Part shown: positions 51,602 through 61,412 of the stretch, in pieces
Layout: each line of letters begins with the position of its first letter
Numbering within the stretch: position 1 is the first letter of the stretch
Source: Candidatus Latescibacterota bacterium
Lineage (GTDB): Bacteria; Latescibacterota; UBA2968; SICM01
Direction: 5' to 3'
NCBI GenBank assembly: GCA_965217865.1
Contig: CBDCJO010000002.1
Coordinates: 4,480,001-4,544,000 of the forward strand
DNA length: 64,000 nt
Position numbers and translations under genes: made by a program
The notes under the pieces: generated by a model
Told to the model about the DNA's origin: nothing
Seen by the model: the letters and a program-made list of their open reading frames with translations, nothing else
Database searches by the model: none

Positions 51602-52351
51602 ATGAAGAAGCTTGATGGAAAAGTCGCAGTCGTAACTGGAGGAAACAGTGGCATCGGGTTGGCAATCGCCAAGGCCTTCCGAGAAGAAGGGGCTCTAGTC
51701 GCGATCCTCGGCCGTAATCCCGAGACTTTAGAGAGTGCGTCGAAAGAGCTTGGGAAGGGATCTTTTGCGGTTCAAGGAGATGTGTCGAAGATTAAGGACA
51801 TCGATCACCTTTACGCGGAGACGGTGCGAAACTTTGGCAACATCGACGTGCTTGTCGCCAATGCAGGCATCGGAGAGTTCATTCCGGTCGACAGCGCAGA
51901 CGAATCGCATTTCGACCGTGTGGTGAACATCAACTTCAAAGGTGCATAGTTCACCGCGCAGCGATCTCTTGAATACTTGAATAAAGGCGCTTCGATCATT
52001 CTGACGTCTTCCGCGTTGAACCAGATGGGTTGGCCAGGAACTTCCGTTTACAGTGCAACGAAGGCCGCTGTCCGGTCCCTGGCGCGTTCCTTCTCCGCTG
52101 ATCTGCTGCCAAAAGGCATTCGTGTGAACACGTTAAGCCCCGGACCTATCGAGACGCCGATTTTCGAGAGGCTGGGCTTGCCTCCCGAGGAACTCACGGG
52201 CTTCAAGGCACAGGTGACGGACCAGCACCCGATGAAGCGGTTCGGTCGTCCGGAAGAGATGGCCAGCGTGGCGGTGTTCCTGGCGTCAGACGATTCAACC
52301 TATGTCGTGGGTGCAGACCTGGTTGCGGACGGGGGGATGTCACAACTCTGA
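51602..52351 (+). pseudogene. SDR oxidoreductase with in-frame TAG at 51947-51949
   Basis: VTGGNSGIG, NAG, YSATK, SPGPIETP; NFKGA*FTAQ continues in frame. Confidence 0.88.
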
Positions 52352-52482
52352 GTATGTTCCGGCGTTGGCTTGCCAAGAAACAGGCCAGACGGATTTCGTA
52401 GAAACGGGTTCACCGGGTGGACGGACCTTGGGTGAGTGATAAATTCTGAGAGGGAGACCAAAGATGTCATCTCAAAAACAAC

Positions 52483-53877
52483 ATGCAGCCGGTGTTCCTC
52501 ACGAGTCTGACGACGGTTGTTGGCTTCTTAAGCATGAATTTCAGCGACGTTCCGCCCTTCCGTGACCTGGGCAATATCACGGCGATGGGCGTGACAGCGG
52601 CATTCGTGTACTCCGTCCTACTCCTTCCTGCGATTATGGCTGTCCTGCCCATCCGGGTGAAGGTTCGAGAGGGCCGGGCGTACGCAATGACGGACCGGTT
52701 CGCGGATTTCGTGATCGCCCGCCGGAGGTCCTTGCTGTGGGGAGCCGCGGTCGCCGTGCTCGTACTCGGGGCCTTCGTTCCGCAAAACGACCTGAACGAT
52801 CAGTTCGTGAACTACTTCGACGAGAGCCTCGCTTTCCGGACGGATACGGATTTCGCGATGGAGAACCTGAGCGGGATCTACCAGATCGAATATTCCGTCG
52901 GCGCGGGACGGAGCCAGGGGATCAGCGATCCGTTGTATCTCGAACGGCTTGAGGCGTTCGCCGGATGGTTCCGGGAACAGCCGGGTGTGGTCCACGTGAA
53001 TACGCTGAGCGAGACGATGAAACGTCTAAACGCCAACATGCACGATGACGACCCTTCATATTACCGGATACCGGAAAATTCCGAACTCTCGGCGCAGTAC
53101 CTGCTCCTGTATGAGATGTCGCTGCCTTACGGGCTCGACCTGAACAATCAGATCAACGTGGACAAGTCCGCTTCGCGGGTCGTTGTGACCGCCGAGAACG
53201 TAACGACCCGGGAGCTTCGCGGCCTGGTCGAATCAGGCGAGGGGTGGTTGTTCAAGCATGCGCCGGACTATATGAACGCGGTCGGGGTCGGCCCCGCCGT
53301 GATGTTTTCCTATATCTCGGAGCGAAACATCAGGAGTATGCTGGTCGGGACACTCCTGGCATTCGGCGTCATAACCCTGGTGCTGATCGTGGCGCTTCGA
53401 AGCACGAAATTCGGTCTGATAAGTCTTTTGCCGAACCTTCTGCCCGCTGTCTTTGCTTTCGGGCTCTGGGGGATCCTCGTGGCTCAGGTGAATCTGGGTC
53501 TTTCCGTTGTGGTCGGGATGACGCTGGGGATCGTGGTGGATGACACGGTTCACTTCATGAGCAAGTACCTGAGGGCGCGACGGGAGAAGCGTCTCGAATC
53601 CAACGAGGCCGTTCGCTACGCCTTCTCTTCGGTGGTAACGTCGTTGATACTGGTCGCCGGATTCACGGTCCTCGCGCAGTCGACTTTCGGGTTCAACGCG
53701 GGGATGGGCAAGATGACGGCGCTGACGGTCGGGTTGGCGCTGCTGGTGGATTTCCTGTTCCTGCCACCCGTGCTTATGAAACTGGACGGCCGTAGGCGTG
53801 CCGTAGTCTTGAAAAGGAAAGTGGAGGCAGAACCTGAGGCGGGGGACCTTGCAACGGTTCCGGCCTTGACGGACTGA
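52483..53877 (+). pseudogene. MMPL/RND family transporter, N-terminally truncated
   Basis: Begins mid-protein (PVFLTSLTTVVGFLS); GIVVDDTVHF; only about 460 aa. Confidence 0.75.
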
Positions 53878-53903
53878 TAACCCCTTCTGAAAGGAGTAGA
53901 ACG

Positions 53904-54818
53904 ATGTTTTTAGAATCCGTTGTGAAGAGATTGGAAGGAATTCCCGGGACGTTCAGACGGGCAGGCGGTTTGAAATCGACCGCAAGCCTTGCAGCCCTCC
54001 TGTTCCTGGTCAGTCTGGGGCTACCCCCTGTGGGGATAGCGGAGGACGCGAATCCCCCTTCCCTCGCGAGCCTTGTTGAACCGATTCGGGACACGATCAC
54101 GCCTGAACAGCGGGGGCTTGCCGTAGCCATCGAGGCGGATGAGAGAGATACGGGGTTCGGTGACTTTATCGCCGAGCTGAAGATGATTCTTATGAACCGG
54201 CACGGTGACAAGAGCACCCGGGTGATCCGCACAAAGACGTTCGAGATGACGGCGGACGGGGACAAGTCGCTCGTGATTTTCGACGAACCCCGCGACGTGA
54301 AGGGGACGGCATTCCTCTCGTTTACCCACAAAGCGGGGAGCGACGATCAGTGGCTCTACCTGCCGGCGTTGAGGCGAGTCAAGCGGATCGCATCAAACAA
54401 CAAGTCGGGGCCGTTTATGGGCAGCGAGTTCGCCTACGAGGATATCACCTCGCAAGAGGTGGAGAAGTACACCTACCGGTTCGTGGGTGAAGAGACACTG
54501 GAAGGCCAGAAGACTTTCGTTATCGAGCGATACCCGGTGGATCCGAAATCAGGATACGTGCGGCAGGTGGTCTGGTACGACCAGGCCCACTTCCGGCCTC
54601 TCCGGATCGCATATTACGATCGGAAGGACGATCTGCTGAAGACGCTGACCTACCACGGCTACCGGTTATACCTGGAGAAATACTGGCGGGCGGACCGAAT
54701 GGAGATGGTGAACCATCAGACGGGCAAATCAACGACGCTGGCGTGGTCGAACTACGTCTTCGCGACGGGTTTGACGGATCGAGATTTCAATAAGAGCAGC
54801 CTGCGGAGAGTCCGGTAG
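53904..54818 (+). CDS. Outer-membrane lipoprotein-sorting (LolA-like) protein
   Basis: PRDVKGTAFL, DDQWLYLPALRRVKRI, FMGSEFAYED. Confidence 0.85.
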   Translation: MFLESVVKRLEGIPGTFRRAGGLKSTASLAALLFLVSLGLPPVGIAEDANPPSLASLVEPIRDTITPEQRGLAVAIEADERDTGFGDFIAELKMILMNRHGDKSTRVIRTKTFEMTADGDKSLVIFDEPRDVKGTAFLSFTHKAGSDDQWLYLPALRRVKRIASNNKSGPFMGSEFAYEDITSQEVEKYTYRFVGEETLEGQKTFVIERYPVDPKSGYVRQVVWYDQAHFRPLRIAYYDRKDDLLKTLTYHGYRLYLEKYWRADRMEMVNHQTGKSTTLAWSNYVFATGLTDRDFNKSSLRRVR

Positions 54819-54850
54819 GAAAGATCGTATCTAGCAGGCGCGAGGGAATT

Positions 54851-56047
54851 ATGAAAACCACGAAAGGAAAATATCTCATGCGCTCCGGCCTCCTGATCAC
54901 CTTGTTGCTCGTATCCGTGGTGGGATCTTCCCGGGCGGGGGACTGGTCGGGCTTTGCCGCGATCGAATCCCGGGCCTTTCCCCAATCGCCCCTGGCCAAC
55001 CGGCAGCCGAGTATAGACGTGTCTTTTACCCTGGCGCCGGAGTTCACGACGGTGTGGGGGAACGGCGGGCAGGCTTTGTCGTTCGAGGGATTCCTGAGGT
55101 TGGACCAGAACGACGGAAGGCGGACGCACTGGGACATTCGCGAGCTCTACTGGGAGATGATCGCGGACAGGTGGGAGCTGCGCGCCGGGGTGCATACCGT
55201 CTTCTGGGGGGTTACAGAGTCACAACACCTGGTCAACCTTCTGAATCAGACCGACCTGGTGGAGCGGCCGGACGGCGAGGCCAAGCTGGGTCAGCCGATG
55301 GTGAACCTGACGCTCGTAAATGACTGGGGCACACTCGATCTGTTTCTGTTAACGGGCTTCCGCGAACGGATCTACCCCGGGGGCGACGGCAGGCTGAGGC
55401 CGCCGCTCGAGGTGGGCGATGAAGCGGTCTATGACACCGGAAGACTGAAGCGCCACCTGGGATGGGCGGCCAGGTGGTTCCAAACCATCGGCAGCTTCGA
55501 CGTGGGGTTGTCGCACTTCTGGGGGACCGGTCGGGATCCCGTACTGCGGCCTATCGACGGGGAGCTCCGGCCCCACTATCAACACATTCAGCAGACCGGG
55601 ATCGACCTGCAGGCCATTACGGGTGGATGGCTCTGGAAACTCGAGACGATTCATCGAAGCGGCCAGGGGGACCGGTTTACCGCAATGACGGGGGGATTCG
55701 AATACACGTTTTCTAACTTGAAGAACACCGGCACCGACATCGGCGTCCTGTTCGAATATCTGTACGACACTCAGGGATCGGACGCCCTGACGCCGTTCGA
55801 GGATGACCTTTTCGCGGGGACGAGGATTGCGTTGAACGACGTTCAGAGTACGGAGGTCCTCGCCGGGATGATCGTGGACCGGACGTCGGGCAGTAGCCTG
55901 ATGCTTCTGGAGGCGAGCCGGCGCGTGCGGGATCGGTGGAAGGTGACGTTCGAAATGCGCGGGTTCCTGAGGACATCACCGGACGATCCGCTTTACGGAT
56001 TAAGGCGGGACGGGTACGCGGAGCTGAAGATGTCGCATCATTTTTAG
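54851..56047 (+). CDS. Hypothetical outer-membrane beta-barrel protein
   Basis: Signal peptide, VFWGVTESQHLV, C-terminal F; usual partner of MMPL plus LolA-like genes. Confidence 0.7.
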   Translation: MKTTKGKYLMRSGLLITLLLVSVVGSSRAGDWSGFAAIESRAFPQSPLANRQPSIDVSFTLAPEFTTVWGNGGQALSFEGFLRLDQNDGRRTHWDIRELYWEMIADRWELRAGVHTVFWGVTESQHLVNLLNQTDLVERPDGEAKLGQPMVNLTLVNDWGTLDLFLLTGFRERIYPGGDGRLRPPLEVGDEAVYDTGRLKRHLGWAARWFQTIGSFDVGLSHFWGTGRDPVLRPIDGELRPHYQHIQQTGIDLQAITGGWLWKLETIHRSGQGDRFTAMTGGFEYTFSNLKNTGTDIGVLFEYLYDTQGSDALTPFEDDLFAGTRIALNDVQSTEVLAGMIVDRTSGSSLMLLEASRRVRDRWKVTFEMRGFLRTSPDDPLYGLRRDGYAELKMSHHF

Positions 56048-56068
56048 GCCTCAGGGCTCACATTCCGA

Positions 56069-56361
56069 TTGACATTTTTTCGTTATTTTCTTAGCTTAAG
56101 AAGGCAGTCAGGGTAATCAGGAATTAATTCGAAAAGGAATATTGATACATGACAGGGATCCGGATTACACATTCGTCCTGAAGAGACGTAACGAATTGGC
56201 GGGACAGGTATCCGCTTTCGTTATTCGTTTTCAGGGCCCTTGATTGTATGATCCGGGATCCCTTGCAATCTGATTGATCGTCCAGTATTGTAGAGCCATT
56301 CTCCACCGGATGGTTCTTTTTTTTACCGGCCGCAGGAAGGATCCTGCGGCCTTTTTCTTTT
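56069..56361 (+). promoter_or_regulatory. Promoter and structured attenuator leader of the ABC-F gene
   Basis: TTGACA-17-TAGCTT; uORF 56149-56181 (MTGIRITHSS); terminator GGCCGCAGGA-agga-TCCTGCGGCC-TTTTT at 56328-56360. Confidence 0.65.
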
Positions 56362-56376
56362 CGGAAAGGATCCTTT

Positions 56377-57990
56377 GTGTCTTTACTGAACGTTTCAGAA
56401 CTGGCTTTTCGACACGTCTCCCAAAGCGAGTGGCTTTTCAAGGACGTATCGTTTGAAATCAATTCGCAGGACCGGATCGGGTTGATCGGTCCCAACGGGG
56501 CAGGCAAGACAACGCTGTTGGGAATCCTGACGGGAGAGCTCGGTCCGAACTCCGGATCGATCGCGATTCGAAAAGGACTTCGGATCGGAACCATTCCACA
56601 GGAAAGCCCGGTCGGGGAATCGGAATCCCTGGAGGAGTTCGTCCTGCGGGCATTTCCGGAAATCCGCAGATTGCGAAAGGAACTTCAAGGCCTGGAACCA
56701 CGCCTGAATGAAGACTCGATAGCGGGTCGATATGCCGATCTGCTGGCCGCCTATGAAAAACATGGGGGATACCGTTCCGAGGCCGACAGCAGGCGTGTCC
56801 TGGACGGACTCGGGTTCGACGATCGGGAGCGTCGGCTTCGGATGGACCATCTGTCGAGCGGACAGCGCGCCCGGGGGCACCTCGCGAAGCTGCTCCTCAC
56901 CCCTGTGGACTTGCTGCTGATCGACGAGCCCACGAATCATCTCGACATCGCTGCCCAGCAATGGCTCGAAAATTATCTCGCCGGATTGGACCTACCTTAC
57001 GTGATGGTCACCCATGACCGGGCGTTCTTGAGCGGATCGACAAACCGAATCTTCGACATTCGACGCGGTGCGCTGACGGTTTTCGAGGGGGGGTTCGTGT
57101 TTTATCGAGAACAGCAAGGCCTTCAAAATCGACAGGCGTGGGAACGCTACCTCGGACAGCAGAGGCGGATCGATGCGGCTCGACAAGCTTCGGAACGGCG
57201 GATGAGACTGGCCCGCAAGATGACCGATACCTCTCCGGGCAAAAGGAGGAATCACGATCCATATGACGACTCATTTTACGCGCGGAAGGCGGGAAAGGTC
57301 CAGCGCACGGCTCGAATCCTCACGGAAAGGGTTGAGCGGGAACCGGAAATCCCGAAACCCTGGGAAGAGGACCCCATCCCGGTGCTTCGTTTTCCGAATG
57401 TCGCCAGGACGGGTGACACGGTTCTCCAGGTTGATTGTTTGTCGAAGTCATTCGACGAAAAGGGGCTGTTTACGGGTCTTAAGTTTTCCGTCCGGCGCGG
57501 ACAACGCCTGGCGATTCTCGGCCCAAACGGTTCGGGAAAGACCACTTTGCTTCGGATTTTTATCGATGAAGAGATTCCTGACGGGGGCGAGGTAAAATTC
57601 GGGGCCCAGGTTAAAATTGGATACTTTGCACAGGAAGGGTCAAACCTCGACCCGGCGTTATCTCCTGTTGCCATCTGTAAGGCCGTTCACGGGGATGAGA
57701 CGTGGGTGAGGACGATTCTGGGTTGTTTGAAGGTGCGGGGAGAACAGGCGAATCAGCCGGTCGGAACGATGAGCGGTGGGGAGCGAGGCAAGGTCGCACT
57801 GGCTCGTCTGCTTTTGAGCGGCGCGAATCTTCTCCTTCTGGATGAACCGACGAATCATCTGGACCTCGAAGCCCGGGAAGCGGTTGAAGGAACGCTTTCC
57901 CAGTTCCCCGGGACAATCCTCTTCGTCTCCCACGATCGGTTTTTTATCGAGGCCCTCGCGGATCAGGTTATCGATATAGGTGTCGACTGA
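56377..57990 (+). CDS. ABC-F ATPase, possibly ribosome-protection (ARE) type
   Basis: Two NBDs (GPNGAGKTT/LSSGQ, GPNGSGKTT/MSGGE), DEPTNHLD twice, no TM; extended interdomain linker. Confidence 0.9.
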   Translation: MSLLNVSELAFRHVSQSEWLFKDVSFEINSQDRIGLIGPNGAGKTTLLGILTGELGPNSGSIAIRKGLRIGTIPQESPVGESESLEEFVLRAFPEIRRLRKELQGLEPRLNEDSIAGRYADLLAAYEKHGGYRSEADSRRVLDGLGFDDRERRLRMDHLSSGQRARGHLAKLLLTPVDLLLIDEPTNHLDIAAQQWLENYLAGLDLPYVMVTHDRAFLSGSTNRIFDIRRGALTVFEGGFVFYREQQGLQNRQAWERYLGQQRRIDAARQASERRMRLARKMTDTSPGKRRNHDPYDDSFYARKAGKVQRTARILTERVEREPEIPKPWEEDPIPVLRFPNVARTGDTVLQVDCLSKSFDEKGLFTGLKFSVRRGQRLAILGPNGSGKTTLLRIFIDEEIPDGGEVKFGAQVKIGYFAQEGSNLDPALSPVAICKAVHGDETWVRTILGCLKVRGEQANQPVGTMSGGERGKVALARLLLSGANLLLLDEPTNHLDLEAREAVEGTLSQFPGTILFVSHDRFFIEALADQVIDIGVD

Positions 57991-58163
57991 AAACAAGCTT
58001 TTGTTTATTCAACGAGTTAGGTTCGTTTACCGGACGTCCGGAAAATTGTGTCGGCCATAAGGGGTCTCCAAATCAAAAGAAGCGTTTACGAGGGAGGAGG
58101 AGTTATTTATCTTTAGATCGGAATAGGTCCAACCTGTCCATCAACCGAAGGATTAACCCTTAT

Positions 58164-58766
58164 ATGCAATTGATTCTGATTCGACACGGAGAATCGATGG
58201 ATCAAACCCGAAAAGTGCTCTCGGGTCAGGCCACATGCGCGGGTCTTTCCGGCCGCGGTTTTCAACAGGCACGAGTTTTGGCCGATCGCATTCGGACCAC
58301 AGGCGAATTCAACGCGTGTCAGGATTTCCTCTGCAGCACGGTGCGAAGAGCTCGTGAAACCGCTGAAGTGCTGATGGATGCTTTGCCGGTTTCGTCGTAT
58401 CAAGAGGATAGGGACCTGTGCGAAATTCTTTTCGGGGAGGCGGAGGGTCTCACGCAGGAGGCCTCCGGAGCCAAATACGGTATGTCAACGCCAACCGGAG
58501 GAGAGAGCTGGAGGGCGTTCCGCGACCGGGTGGGCTCCACGCTGGATCGGTATTCCGAACGGTTCGGAGGTCGAACGGTGGTTGCGGTGACTCACGCCGG
58601 ATTCGTCCTGGCCTCTATGATCGAACTGTTCGGTGGACCCGAAACCAGGGCCTGGTTGGATCCTTCGAACACGGGAATTACGGAGTGGTACCGGTCCGAA
58701 GGGAAGTGGACGCTTGTTAAGTATAACGACTTTTCTCACCTTTGTATGGTGAATGGAGAAGGTTGA
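58164..58766 (+). CDS. Histidine phosphatase family protein
   Basis: LIRHGES, RARETA, VTHAG, YNDFSHL. Confidence 0.9.
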   Translation: MQLILIRHGESMDQTRKVLSGQATCAGLSGRGFQQARVLADRIRTTGEFNACQDFLCSTVRRARETAEVLMDALPVSSYQEDRDLCEILFGEAEGLTQEASGAKYGMSTPTGGESWRAFRDRVGSTLDRYSERFGGRTVVAVTHAGFVLASMIELFGGPETRAWLDPSNTGITEWYRSEGKWTLVKYNDFSHLCMVNGEG

Positions 58767-58775
58767 AAAAGCTCC

Positions 58776-59670
58776 TCAGCTAAGATCGTAGATTGCGTCA
58801 AATCGCTTCCCGGTTTCAACCAGGGTTACCGGGACCTGGGCGACCTCCTCGATTTTATCGATTAACCCCTGGACTCTGGGGGTTATTTTCAATTTGTCCC
58901 GAATATCCGGATCGAGATGATCGCAAAAGGTCAATGCGATTTGGGTGGGACCGTTCAACATCACCGCTTCCTCGAGATGATCCCAGGAAATTCCGCTGGA
59001 TTTCTTCCTGCGGCGTCCGGTCCTCACTCCGAACTCCGCGATGTTTCGGGCATCCTGTTCCTCTTCGGATATTTGAAAAGGAAGCGGTCCTCCGCCAACC
59101 CGGGATGGAAGGGCTTTTACGACGAGTATAACCTCCTTGATATATCTCCAATTCAATCCTACGTCGTCGGCCAGGGCGGCTGTGGTACAATTATCAGAAG
59201 TGCTATAGGGATAGTCTCGGGTTAATGCCAGAGAGAGAAACGTCAAACGGAATTCCGCCTGCGCGACGCCCGTGCCGCTTTGCGTCGAGCCGACTTCGTG
59301 CCGCAAGTGGTTATCCAATTGCTCCTCCTTCCTGTGTTTCGGCAGGATGACGGGGCACCGGAAGTCAACCCGGGCGCGTTTTGAGGTTCCGAACTCTTCG
59401 TCAAACTCGGTGATTTCATTCAGGAATATCTCGGGATCCACCGCCACCCCGCTTCCAACCCGAAGTTCCCCACCTGCAAGGATTCCGGCCATCGGGATCT
59501 GGGTGAGTCTTTATCATTCTTTTGGCATCCAGGTACAGGCTATGTCCTGCATTCGTTCCCGTTCCTGCGCGGACACAAATATCGGCTTTATCCCTCTGTG
59601 CCAGATATGACGCTACTTTGCCCTTTCCCGAATCACCCCAGAACGCATCGACAATAATAGTTGCTCCCAC
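58776..59670 (-). pseudogene. purA: Short-type adenylosuccinate synthetase with frameshift (about 59502) and probable internal deletion (about 59240)
   Basis: WGDSGKGK, NAGH, GSTQSGTG, YPYSTS, SRVGGGP, TGRRRK; the EGxQG segment expected before TFLSL is absent. Confidence 0.82.
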
Positions 59671-59775
59671 TGTATCACCTCCATTTGTGAACAGTTTTCT
59701 AAGCCGACCGATAAAATAAACCATTTCTTACATAAGTAAAATTGATTATATTTATTATGTTGATAAGGATCGCTT

Positions 59776-60648
59776 ATGAATATAAATCAGTTTCGGGCCT
59801 TTTGTTTTGTTGTCGAGGAGAAAAGCTTCAGCCGGGCAGCCAGGCGGATGTTCGTGAGCCAGCCCGCTTTGAGCATGCAGATCAAATCCTTAGAGGGCGA
59901 GTTAGGAGAACCTCTCTTTGATCGAAATAACAGAATGGTTCTCCTGACGGATGGAGGCGAGATTTTTTATGAACATGTAAAACGCATTTTTGAGGAGATC
60001 GATTCAGCCCGCCATCAGATTGATGAAATCCGGGAACTTTCCCGGGGACATCTCAGGATTGCTTGCAGCGACACGGTGAGCAAATATTATCTGCTTCCGA
60101 TTCTATCCGATTTTTTGGATAAACATCCGGGAATTGAGCTCACGGTTCATAATAAGACCACTCAGCAGATCGTTAAGCAGGTGCTCGATATGGAGGTGGA
60201 TATCGGGTTGGCCACCATGCCGGTTTCCCACGTTCAACTTTCCGAAAAGCCGATTTTTGGATATCATGATGTGGCGGTCTGTAAACCTTCTCATTCCCTT
60301 GCAAAGCGGTCGGCGATCGACCTTATGGGGCTCAGCCAGATTCGATTGCTTTTGCTGGAACCGGGAACAAAAAGCAGGTCGCTTATCGATCAGGCTTTCA
60401 TAAATTCGGGATGCGCTCCGGGATCTGTGATGGAACTTGGGAGTGTGGAGGTCCAAAAGGATTTTGCGAAAATCGGTTTGGGGGTTGCGATCGTTCCGGA
60501 CTTCGCGGTTGGTGGAGAGGCAAAAGATGGGACCCTTTCCGTGCTCAAGATAAAAAATGTCCCCAAGCGGCAGGTTGGCACGGTGATTCGAAAAACGCGG
60601 TCTCTATCCCTTGCGGCTAAAACTTTCCTTGCGAAGTTAGGTAAATGA
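59776..60648 (+). CDS. LysR family regulator, divergent from purA
   Basis: SFSRAA..VSQPALSMQIKSLEGELG..LFDR; GLGVAIVP. Confidence 0.95.
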   Translation: MNINQFRAFCFVVEEKSFSRAARRMFVSQPALSMQIKSLEGELGEPLFDRNNRMVLLTDGGEIFYEHVKRIFEEIDSARHQIDEIRELSRGHLRIACSDTVSKYYLLPILSDFLDKHPGIELTVHNKTTQQIVKQVLDMEVDIGLATMPVSHVQLSEKPIFGYHDVAVCKPSHSLAKRSAIDLMGLSQIRLLLLEPGTKSRSLIDQAFINSGCAPGSVMELGSVEVQKDFAKIGLGVAIVPDFAVGGEAKDGTLSVLKIKNVPKRQVGTVIRKTRSLSLAAKTFLAKLGK

Positions 60649-60685
60649 ACGTCCTATGGGCTTCCGGTGCCAGGCAGAAAACAGA

Positions 60686-60725
60686 AAAAATGGCCGGTAC
60701 CCCATAAAAAATGGGCACCGGCCGT
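60686..60725 (-). terminator. Terminator hairpin between convergent genes
   Basis: A run then TGGCCGGTACCCAT..ATGGGCACCGGCCG. Confidence 0.5.
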
Positions 60726-60809
60726 CTCACAGTTTCGCTTCATGCAAAAGCTGCCTGAAGCCCTATGACAGCAAGGGCTATGATTTCAAGATTGCAGACT
60801 GAATGAATC

Positions 60810-61391
60810 TTAGAACTCTGCAGGAAGTGTTTGCAGCCTCTGCTGCAGGCCTTGGATCTCCTGATCCAGTGCCGTAAGTACTTTTGTGCTCCTACAGCGC
60901 GTATAGAGCAGTCCCGGAAGTTCTACCCTAAGGAGGTCCTCAATTATAATGAGATCCTCAACAGGCATTAGCCCGATTGTCTCCCCCTCTTCTTGTTCAA
61001 GGTCACCGATTGCAGTAGAACCTCCGTCTACAACATGGTCACTTGGCGCCTGTGTCCCGCCTTCCCCGCCTGAGCCCGAGGTAGACGGCCACCAGAGCGC
61101 TTGCAGGGCCTCTGTGACTATCCGCTTCTCAGACTCGTCGGCCTGGTCCATATACTGCTTGATCGCCATAAAGAGATCCTGTGTGCTCATCAATAGGTCC
61201 AACCTGGCATTTAGATGCGTCCTGTGAGCGTTCAGGTTGTTTTGGAAGACCTCCAGCAGAGGCCCAGGCACAGAGGCGGGCTTTGGTAGCGGAATGGGAA
61301 GTAAGCCGGGCTGCTGTGCAGCAGCAGACGCCGACATCCCGCAAAGTAAGACCACCGATAGAAGTACGTGTTTGTACCGGTAGATAAACAT
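60810..61391 (-). CDS. Hypothetical secreted protein
   Basis: AGGAGGGAGG RBS, signal peptide MFIYRYKHVLLSVVLLCGMSASAAA. Confidence 0.6.
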   Translation of the reverse strand: MFIYRYKHVLLSVVLLCGMSASAAAQQPGLLPIPLPKPASVPGPLLEVFQNNLNAHRTHLNARLDLLMSTQDLFMAIKQYMDQADESEKRIVTEALQALWWPSTSGSGGEGGTQAPSDHVVDGGSTAIGDLEQEEGETIGLMPVEDLIIIEDLLRVELPGLLYTRCRSTKVLTALDQEIQGLQQRLQTLPAEF

Positions 61392-61412
61392 TGCAATATC
61401 CTCCCTCCTTAG

